A DNA stretch of 64,000 bases, from NCBI RefSeq assembly GCF_006345805.1, contig NC_043022.1, forward strand, positions 21,266,001 through 21,330,000. The letters run 5' to 3'. Of this stretch, positions 54,371 to 64,000 are shown piece after piece. Under the pieces are notes generated by a model, which saw only the letters and a program-made list of their open reading frames with translations, made no database searches and was not told the origin of the DNA. A program made the translations under genes and the position numbers. Source of the stretch: Octopus sinensis (lineage: Eukaryota). Positions within the stretch are counted from its first letter, which is position 1; every line of letters starts with the position of its first letter.

Positions 54371-56667
54371 CTCACCATTTGTACTCCCACTGTTTGTCAA
54401 AATTAATATCTCCTGTCCTGGCTTATACTCAACGGCAGGGCGGTTCTTGGTGGCAGGCAGCTGAGTGCCACCACTCAGCATAAAAAGCCGCACTTTTTTA
54501 GCATGGTTCTTGCCATTATAGTGCTGGTCTGACTGAATTGCAGCGTTCATAGCAACATTGCACAACTTGCACAGCATAGGCTGCATAAGTTCTTTGAGAA
54601 TTTTCATTGCAGGGGATTCATTCTCCCCATTTTCAATGTTCTTCTTGCGTCTGCTCTCGTCATCTGCTGCTAGTTTCGGTTCAAAATTTGAACTCACTGC
54701 ATCCAGAAGAGAATTTTCCACAGGAATTTCAGACGTCGACGATTCCTTCAGGAGAGATTTCGGAGAGGCTGATGAGGAGTCAGCAGTAGCAGAAATAGGA
54801 GTGGAAGAGGTGACAGCAGATGAGGTGTCCACATTTTTGGTAGAATCTAACGCTGAGTCTGCATTGACAGACTGCGAACCATTGGTTGTGTCGGCTTCCG
54901 GTAGATTCTGGATTCTGCCCTTGGGTACCTGTCTGTCGACAGGTTTGGACAGTGAGTCAATTGCGTGGTTACTGTTGATCTGCTGGTACTGATAATGAGA
55001 TTGATGCAGCTGGTGACTCTCTTGGTACTGATCATAGTGGCTTTCAGTAGCAGATGGCTTACGATATTGGTATTGGGGCTTTGTGTTGGCTTCTTGATAT
55101 GGTGACTGGAAATGAGATTTAGAGTTAGACTGATAAGATGGTTTGGAGAGGTTTGCTTGATACGCTGGTTTTGTGAGGTTTCCTCGAGCTTGATACTGAG
55201 GTGTAGCACCAGTTTGGTAAGTGGTTTGGGTTTTGGAAGCAATCTGATATTGGGTAGCAGGCTTTGTGCTGTTCTGATTTTGATAATGAGTTGATGATTT
55301 CACTTTGCTCTGGTACTGAGTTGGAATTTTAGCAGCAGGCTGATAGGACACCTGGCTCTTTGCTGTTGTACCCTGATACTGCGTCTGCGGCTTGGTGCCA
55401 CTCTGATACTGAGTGACTGTCTTCGACACAGGTGTGTACTGAGAAGGGATTTTACTTATTGCTTGGTATGAAGATGGGGGTTTTGTGCTAGTTGGGTATG
55501 AGACAGCTAGCTTATTGCTCTGTTGATACTGATTTGTGGGTTTCACATTAGACTGATACTGTGTTGGCAGTTTTGCAGCAGCAACAGCAGCAGCAGCAGC
55601 AGCTTGGTACTGGGATGGAGCCTTGTTGGTCGCCTGGTATGGGGCTGGAGGTTTGGGGCTTATCTGATACTGGTTCTTGAGGGTGGCATCTGAATAGGGG
55701 GCTTGGTAAACAGTCTTGTTGGCCGTATCTTTGTATTGATAGTGTGATTCATTTATCTGTTCCTGATACTGATACTGAGCAGCCTGTTGGTTGGCCTGGG
55801 CCTGCAACGATGGCTGTTGGCTACTCGCATGATACACATCTGTCTGGCTGAGATCCTTCACACCACTACTGGTGTCAGTTGAGGGATAATACTGGGACTT
55901 TAGAAGGGGCCGGTACTCATTACCAATAGTAGTCCGTGTGGTAGCAGTCACAACTGAGTAAGTTGTATTTTGGGTGTAGTTAAAAGCAGGCGGAGCTTGC
56001 TGAGTTGGTATTGAAGAGTGACTCACCTGGCTCACAGCTGGCACTGAAATCTGCTGTGGCCTAGCCTTGGCTATCTGAGCATTGTATGACTGGAAAGTCT
56101 GTGAGGGTGGAGGCTGTTGGGGTGGGGGCTGAGGTGGTTGTTGTGGCTGCTGAGGGGGAGGAGGTGGCTGTGGCTGTTGGGGCGGCGTCTGCTGTGCTTG
56201 ATAAGCAGAATGGGCCGGTGCAGCTTGCACTGGCTGCTGCTGTGCTTGAGGCTGATAGACAGAATGCGAGGTTGCCTGCGGTAATGGTTGCTGTTGTGTT
56301 TGGTATGGTGTGTGGTATGCTGTGAGGGCGGGGGGAGGGGGCGGAGGAATCGTCTGGAAGACGGTGGTGGTCTGGGGCCGTGGGTATGCATGAGCCTGAG
56401 CGCCAACGGCAGCACTGTGCAGCTGATAGGCCTGCTGCTGCTGAGGGGGTTGCTGTAACTGCGGATGGTGCTGTGGTGGTGGTGGTGGCTGCTGCACCTG
56501 ATACTGTGGTGGAGCTTGGTGTTGTGCAGGTGGAACCTGTGGTGGTGGGGGTGGCGGCTGTACTACAGCAGTCTGTCCAGGCTGAGGGTATCCACTGTAA
56601 GCAGCTCCAGTGTATGTGGAGGGCACGCTTGGGTAAGCAGCATGAGGCTGGGCATAAGATGCATAAC
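54371..56667 (-). CDS. ZMAT3: Large internal coding exon (2,297 nt, phase 1 to phase 0) of a ZMAT3/ZMAT4-like matrin-type (U1-like C2H2) zinc-finger RNA-binding protein with a long Q/P/Y-rich N-terminal region
   Basis: Stop-free 779-codon frame of non-microsatellite sequence. Acceptor ttttattttccaattgcAG|GTTAT at 56668/56667; donor GAG|GTAAGT at 54371/54370. QPMLCKLCNVAMNAAIQSDQHYNGKNHAKKVRLF closely matches, from memory, the first finger of ZMAT3 (PLYCKLCNVTLNSAQQAQAHYQGKNHGKKLR). Orthology versus ZMAT4/ZNF385 cannot be settled here. Confidence 0.85.
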
Positions 56668-57132
56668 CTGCAATTGGAAAATAAAACACATTGAAAATAT
56701 ATTGAATAAAAATAACAAAATAACAATTAATGAAACAAATTTCTAATCAATAATCTATAATCTATAATCTGTCAATAATCAGGAAATAATTTTACTATAA
56801 AAGCACAAAAACGCTTTTGGTGTCACATAAACGCACCTATGTCAGTGCTGCATAGAAGCACCCAAGACATTCCGTAAAGTAGCTGGCATTAGAAAGGGTA
56901 TCCAGCTGTAGAAAGCAAGCCAAAAAAAAACATGCAGTCTGGGCAGCTGTCCAGCTGTCCAGCTCTTGTCAAGCCGTCTAACCCATGGCAGCATGGAAAA
57001 TGGACGTATGATGATATTGAAAACAGAGATAATTATTCTGGGATAAATAAGAACTAAAAAGTTCAATGATGTGTGTGTTTGTGTGTTGAGAGTTGTATGA
57101 GTGCATGCACATGCGTAACATGTAAGTTTGTA

Positions 57133-57351
57133 TGTTTCTTTACTACCCACAAGGGGCTAAACACAGAGGGGACAAACAGATTAAGCCGATTACATCGACC
57201 CCAGTGTGTAACTGGTACTTAATTTATCGACCCTGAAAGGATGAAAGACAAAGTCGACCTCGGCGGAATTTGAACTCAGAACGTAACGGCAGACGAAATA
57301 CGGCTACGTATTTCGCCCGGCATGCTAACGTTTCTGCCAGCTCGCCGCCCT
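57133..57351 (-). mobile_element. SINE family A copy
   Basis: 10-bp TSD TAAGTTTGTA at 57123-57132 and 57352-57361. Confidence 0.9.
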
Positions 57352-57620
57352 TAAGTTTGTACCATCAATAGAAATAGAAATATATGCAAACATATGAACA
57401 AATTGATGAATACCTCCCAAAAGGAATAAACTGACACATTTATATCAGTAGACACACAAAGAATGTTTAAACAAGACATGATAACATTCAGACACAAACG
57501 TGTGCACACAGACGTTTGAATACACACACTGAAATCAACAACACAGATGTAGCATCAACAGAAAACAATTTATTGCCAATCTGATTTTAGCAATCGAGAA
57601 ATAGAGATGTATTTAGAAAA

Positions 57621-58464
57621 ATTACCTAAAGAGCCATCAAATGGGGAAACTATTAAAAGTAATGTAAACCAAAGGAATATTCAGTTAAAATATCCAGTGG
57701 AGATATAGGGAGAAAAATATGTTATAATTGTAATTTTCCTACATTTCTAATAATTTTCCTGATTATTTGGATAATCATGTGTAGAGCAAACTAAATGATT
57801 ATCTTTGCTCTCATCTTTCAAAAAGTAACTATATTAATACCATATCGCATTGTACAACAGCCTAATGTTGATGTGATTTGTAATTCATAATGAATACAGC
57901 TTGTTCATCCATATTCTATTTCATATTATCATCACACTGGGGCAGTGCGAAAACTTGTTATTACTCCATGTAAACTTAAATGTCCTCCATTGAGTATTTA
58001 CCCGATACAGGTATACCATACTTGTTGACAGTGAACAGTCATTACCTAAAGAGCCATCAAATGGGGAAACTATTAAAAGTAATGTAAACCAAAGGAATAT
58101 TCAGTTAAAATATCCAGTTGAGATATAGGGAGAAAAAATATGTTATAATTGTAATTTTCCTACATTTCCAATAATTTTCCTGAATATTTGGATAATCATG
58201 TGTAGAGCAAACTAAATGATTATCTTTGCTCTCATCTTTCAAAAAGTAACTATATTAATACCATATCGCATTGTACAACAGCCTAATGTTGATGTGATTT
58301 GTAATTCATAATGAATACAGCTTGTTCATTCATATTCTATTTGATAATATTATCATCACACTGGGGCAGTGGGAAAACTTGTTATCACTCCATGTAAATT
58401 TAAATGTTCTCCTTTGAGTATTTATCCGATACAGGTATATCATACTTGTTGACAGTGTACAGTC
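57621..58464. repeat. Two-copy 420-bp tandem duplication
   Basis: ATTACCTAAAGAGCCATC starts at 57621 and 58041; a few substitutions and indels. Confidence 0.9.
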
Positions 58465-59055
58465 ATTCCTTTTCTCAACAACGTAAATCTACTGATGCAC
58501 AAATAATTCCTTACAGAAAATCTCTATATCATCCTTTATTTTTTACTCAGACATAGTATATCTAAAACTACTTTACCAATAATATATTAAATTTTTTTTT
58601 TTTTAACGATAAGAGTAGTGTGATGAGGCAAAATATTGCTGCTAATTGTAGCAGATCAAGATACCAGCATGTAAAAACTCCCGTTTGCTGGTAAAAAAGA
58701 TGGTTTTGTCATTAAGGTCAGAGAAATATGGTGAGAGTGAAGTAAAACTGTTCACATGGTGACAACAACCTCGTAAACTTCAAAGGAAATTCTGTCAGCC
58801 ATTTTGTTTCAGTTTTTAAAACAAATTACATGCAACATAAAACATAAGTTTCTAAAACAACAACAACAACAGCAACAACAACAACATATTGCTGCTAAAT
58901 GTTAAAGGCATTTAAAACTACAATATCTCAGCAGAAGCTTTTTTCATCATTTATTCATTTGTTTCTACAATAGTACAGATATTTTTACAAATTAATTTAT
59001 AAGCGAATGTAAACTACATCTATTATCAACATCAACACCAGCAGCAGCAGCAAGT

Positions 59056-59460
59056 GGAGGCGCAATGGCCCGGTGGTTAGAGCAGCGGACTCGCGGTCGG
59101 AGAATCGCGGTTTCGATTCTCAGACCGAGCGTTGTGTGTGTTTATCGAGCAAAAACACCTAAAGTTCCACGAGGTTCCGGCAGTGAGTGGTGGCGACCCC
59201 TGTTGTACTCTTTTGCCCCAACTTTCCCTAACTCTTTCTTCTTGTTTCTTGTCCCCGACTTCTTATGCAACCGCTGAGCCTGGATGCACATTCATCCATC
59301 GGTTGATGCGCTCGGTGTCGGGGGTTGACCTGCTTTCTCTTCTGCGGGTCTTACGAATAGCAAAGGACCACGTTTCGGACTTCTCCCACAACAGACAATC
59401 CTGAGGCGCGATCTTGCGACCTCTGGGATGAAGACCGCTTCGCTCAACAAACAAACAAAA
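59056..59460 (+). mobile_element. SINE family C, long form
   Basis: Head GGAGGCGCAATGGCCCGGTGGTTAG with box-B-like GGTTTCGATTC; (CAAA)n tail. Shorter forms with other tails at ~15625-15935(-), 28860-29155(-) and 48500-48780(+). Confidence 0.8.
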
Positions 59461-59742
59461 GCAGCAGCGGCAGCACTACCACCACCATCATTACCATTAG
59501 TTAGAGTACTAACAGGGCCAAAACTGTATCTAAAAAATACACTGCCTTCTCTTCAGTGCCAGAAACAAACCACTCCACTTTTCAAAAAATGATGACCAAC
59601 TACAATGCACATGTGCAGTCCTGGAAGAGTGCAGCTGCTTCAAACACACAAACATTCCAGAATTCATCACCACACTCTAACACAAAAAAAAAATACCAAA
59701 CCTGAGTTAAAAACCTCCAACAGCATACTGGGTAAGTAGGTC

Positions 59743-60266
59743 GAGAGGTAATATTTATCTCCACATAAATATGGATGTTCTGTTAGAACAAGCTATACTG
59801 CAGTAGTTAGCGTGAGAGAAACTCACATATCGGCTTTTGGTGCAAAATGCACGCTTGTTTATATTGCTAGCAGGGAGGTAAATCCCCGCCATCTCCAGCA
59901 TTGTGAATACCAGATCATGTGATTTTGACCGTCTGTAGTCTTGTCAATGACAGATGCTCAAGTGCTAGCGATAGCAGCCAACTCATCTCCCCACCAACGA
60001 TGTAGAGAAAATCTGCCAGAACAAGTGCTGGTATCACAATTAGCTTGTTAGCAGGATCACTGACTAATCCTGACACCAGCTATCTCTAGCATCACTGACA
60101 AGACAAAAGACGGTCAAAGCCACATGATCTGGTGGTATCAGTGCTGGAGATGGTGGAGATTAATCTCCCCACTAACGATATAAATGAGAGGACATTTTGC
60201 CAATGTGAGAGTTTCTCTCACGTACAGTTTGTTCCCACATTTGAGTGAGCATAAATATTACCTCTC
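59743..60266. mobile_element. Foldback MITE with ~220-bp imperfect TIRs
   Basis: GAGAGGTAATATTTAT / ATAAATATTACCTCTC termini plus nested inverted blocks (CGTGAGAGAAACTCACAT, CCATCTCCAGCA, CCAGATCATGTG, TTTGACCGTCT). Confidence 0.75.
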
Positions 60267-61287
60267 TGTATGAATACTGCCTCTGTCACTTGGCATATAA
60301 AAGGCTCCATTCAAGTGTGATCATTACCAGCGTTGCCTTACTGGCACTTGTGTCCATGCTAGTAGGGTACCAAGAGCACCATCCGAGCATGATCGTTGCC
60401 AGAGCAGCTAACTGGCATCCTTGCCCGTGGCAAGTAAAAGGGCACCATTTGAGCGTGATCGTTACCAACATCGCCTTACTGGCACCTGTGCTGGGTGGCA
60501 TGTGTAAAAAAAATTGAGTGAGGTCGTTGCCAGTACCGCCTGACTGGCCCTTGTGCTGGTGGCACGTAAAAAGCACCCACTACACTCTCGGAATGGTTGG
60601 CATTAGGAAGGGCATCCAGCTGTAGAAACTCTGCCAAATCAAGATTGGAGCCTGGTGCAGCCATCTGGTTCGCCAGTCCTCAGTCAAAATCGTCCAACCC
60701 ATGCTAGCATGGAAAGCGAACGTTAAACGATGATGATGATGATGATGATGATCTTATTATCTGCTTTAACACCATTACTTGGTCCTTGTATAGTTATCAT
60801 AAAAAGTGTATTTGTAATGAAAGATGTCTTTGTCATGAAAAGTGCATTTATTACGAAACTTAGATGGCAGATCAGACCACCATTTTTATGATGGTAAAAA
60901 AGACAAAACAGATCTCTTTAAGAATATATAAACACAAACATTTTCTTTATCTACTGAAATGCAGACAATTTTTACTTCATTTCCTTTTTCAAAGTAGAAT
61001 TTGAAGTAATACTTTTATTCCTTGTTGTATTTTGCAGCAATGGTTCTTTCTGATAAATTCCATTTGATTTGGTCTCAAAAGGGTTAAATTTACTTTCACT
61101 AAATGCACAGGAACGAAAAATCAAATTTACAATGACATCTAATAAAACTCAGTCGTCATCGTCGTCATCACCACCACCAGTTGTTGCTGCCATCGCTGTT
61201 GCTGTTGATTAATAGCAGAGCCAAACTTCATCATCTTCATCATTTAATGTCTGTTCTCCATGCTGACAAAGGTTGGATGGTTTGACA

Positions 61288-61513
61288 GAGCTGGCAGAAA
61301 CGTTAGCAAGCCAGGCGAAATGCTTTGCGGTATTTCGTCTGCCGCTACGTGCTGAGTTCAAATTCCGCCGAGGTCGACTTTGCCTTTCATCCTTTCGGAG
61401 TCGATTAAATAAGTACCAGTTATGCATTGGGGTCGATGTAATCGACTTGATCTATTTGTCTGTCCTTGTTTGTCTCCTCTGTGTTTAGCCCCTTGTGAGT
61501 AGTAAAGAAATAG
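61288..61513 (+). mobile_element. SINE family A copy
   Basis: Sequence match. Confidence 0.85.
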
Positions 61514-62264
61514 GTTTGACAGGAGCTGATCAGCTGAAGAACTGCCCAGGTTCGATGTGTGTTCTGGCATGGTTTTTATGGCTAGATGCCCTTCCTAATG
61601 CCAGCTACTTTACATAGTGTAGTAGATGCTTTTGTACAGAATTCATACAGGTATGTTTATGTGGCAGTGGTATGGGTGCGTTTTGCATGGCACAAACACC
61701 CACAAGCCCACAAGATTAGGAATGCTCAACCAGAGAGGGATGCTGGAGACATGCTTGCATGCCAGGACAACCACACTTTTACTTAGCTTGACGTGTCTTC
61801 TCAGGCACAGCAAACCACCAGGAGTCATAGTCCCCTGTCATCCCCTCTGTGAGGCCCAACATCTAAAGATCTTTTCTCACCACTTAGTCCCACATCTTCC
61901 TGGGTCTACTCCTTCCACATGTTCCCTCCACAATTAGAGACCAAACCTTGATCAAGCAAAATCTATCATGAAAGACAGTCAAACAATGACCATCCCTTGT
62001 CAGGTATATAATGTACCTGTACTACATTATCAAGCATCCTTCAATTTTTTAGATGGGGAAGTGTGGTACAAGGGAAGATTTGGCTGCTATTTCAAGGTAG
62101 TCAAGCAACCACACAATGTCTGCTGTACTACAAAGTGAAAGAAGTATCAATAGGGAGTAAGTATTCTGGCATTTTCTTGGCCAACCTACCCTTCTGTGAC
62201 TCGTCCACATCTTCTTCAGCTACCTACCTACTTATAAAGGATACTACTATGTGTTATATTTTTT

Positions 62265-62730
62265 ATCTTTCACTTGTTTCAGTTATGAGACTGTGGCCTT
62301 GCTGGAGCATTGCTTCAAAGAATTTTTTTTTAGTTCAGTGAATCAACCCCAGTTCTTATCTGTTCTTAAACCTGGTATTTATTCTATCAGTCTCTTTTGC
62401 CAAACTGATAAGTTACAGGGATGTGAACACACCAACAGCAGTTGTCAAGTGGTGGTGGACAAAACACACACACACACACACACACACTCTCACACACACA
62501 CACTGACACACACACACACACACTCTCACACACACACACACTGACACACACACACACACACACTGGAGCATTGCTTCAAAGAATTTTTTTTAGTTCAGTG
62601 AATCAACCCCAGCTCTTATGTGTTTTTAAGCCTGGTACTTATTCTATCAGTCTCTTTTGCCAAACTGATAAGTTACAGGGATGTGAACACACCAACAGCA
62701 GTTGTCAAGTGGTGGTGGACAAAACACACA

Positions 62731-62772
<42 letters not shown>

Positions 62773-62795
62773 ACTCACACACACACACACACACA

Positions 62796-62847
<52 letters not shown>

Positions 62848-63005
62848 AGGCTTTTTCAGTTTCTGTCAACCAAAATCCACTAACAAGGCTTTGGTTGGTC
62901 TGAGCCTATAGCAGAAGACACTTCTCCAAGGTGCCACACAGTGGGGTGAACCCTGAACCATGTGGTTGGGAAGCAAGCTTCTTACCAAACAACCACTTCT
63001 GCACC
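62265..63005 (-). mobile_element. SINE family B copy with an internal ~175-bp tandem duplication bounded by (CA)n
   Basis: 62305-62480 is repeated at 62564-62730. Confidence 0.75.
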
Positions 63006-63561
63006 TACATAACATGTAGCCTTCTTTCATTATCTGATTCCTGCAGCCTTGAGTGTTAGTAGATACCATTGACTGCTGCACTTGACTTGTAGTTTATTTT
63101 ATCAAGCCTGGAGGGATGAGAACTAAACAAGCTTAACTAGAGGATAAAATCAAAGACTTCTTTTAACCCTTTAGCATTCACATTACTCATATGTAATGCT
63201 TATTTCTTGCTGGTGTATCTCAGGCAACATGTTTATGGTTTAGCATAGAAAGAAAGATAACAGAGCAATGCTGTTAGTAGGAGCGTTTAGGAAGTTATAG
63301 GAGGAGAGTGAGAGAATTCTTTGAGAATTTTTGATATTTTATGCATTGTTCCAGAAACTTTTTCTTTGAAGGTTTTTTTGAAGTTTGCGTAGTCTATTCA
63401 AACCTCGCCCTTTCACACCCTTTTTTTTCTTCTTCAGTTTTTTTCATTTTCCACTTTTTCATTTTCTCACCTTCCCTTCTCTTATTTTTTCCCTTCTTGT
63501 CTTGTTCTCAAGTACTTTTAACTTCTCTTAACCTAACCTAACTTCCCTTGATTTATTCATA

Positions 63562-63975
63562 TTTCTTTATTGCCCACAAGGGACTAAACACAGAGGGGAC
63601 AAACAAGGACAGACAAAGGGATTAAGTCGATTACATCGACCCCAGAGCGTAACTGGTACTTATTTTATTGCCCCGAAAGGATGAAAGGTAAAGTCGACCT
63701 CGGCGGAATTTGAACTCAGAACGTAACGGCAGAAGAAATACCTATTTCTTTACTACCCACAAGGGGCTAAACACAGAGAGGACAAACAAGGACAGACAAA
63801 TGGATTAGGTCGATTACATCGACCCCAGTGCATAACTGGTACTTAATTTATCGACCCCAAAAGGATGAAAGGCAAAGTCGACCTCGCCGGAATTTGAACT
63901 CAGAACATAACGGCGGACGAAATACGGCTACGCATTTCGCTCGGCGTGATAATGATTCTGCCAGCTCACTGCCTT
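63562..63975 (-). mobile_element. Two head-to-tail SINE family A copies
   Basis: The family A sequence occurs twice, with a junction near 63742. Confidence 0.85.
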
Positions 63976-64000
63976 TGATTTATTCAGTTACAATGTTTCA

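Noticed and set aside
59056-59125. tRNA-like sequences with A and B boxes (also at other SINE heads)
   Set aside because: They continue into SINE bodies and lack a complete cloverleaf and acceptor stem; not tRNA genes.

Overview
Repeat-dominated, AT-rich eukaryotic DNA. The SINE/RTE/microsatellite landscape is what I associate with octopod cephalopods (probably Octopus; inference). Only one coding segment is well supported: a 2,297-nt internal exon on the minus strand (56667-54371). It encodes a long Q/P/Y/S/T low-complexity region with a degenerate K-P-x-T-Q-Y-Q decapeptide repeat, followed by a ZMAT3/Wig-1-like matrin-type zinc finger. The rest is probably intron, filled with several tRNA-derived SINE families, 3' fragments of RTE, CR1 and R4/Dong LINEs, a Penelope-like RT relic, Tc1/mariner/pogo relics, hAT/piggyBac/mariner MITEs, local tandem duplications and a 4-kb (CAT)n-derived satellite with a 66-bp higher-order unit. 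The most notable non-coding signal is a type I hammerhead ribozyme with an intact core and an 84-nt structured stem II (50099-50206), inside a 1.6-kb element bounded by perfect 118-bp inverted repeats. A second family of minimal hammerhead-like motifs has three copies, two lying in the sense of the host pre-mRNA just downstream of the big exon. Two SINEs are flanked by ~101-bp direct repeats. Most ORFs in the supplied track are microsatellite or SINE artefacts. All structures and translations were read by eye; TE boundaries are approximate unless a TSD or TIR is cited.
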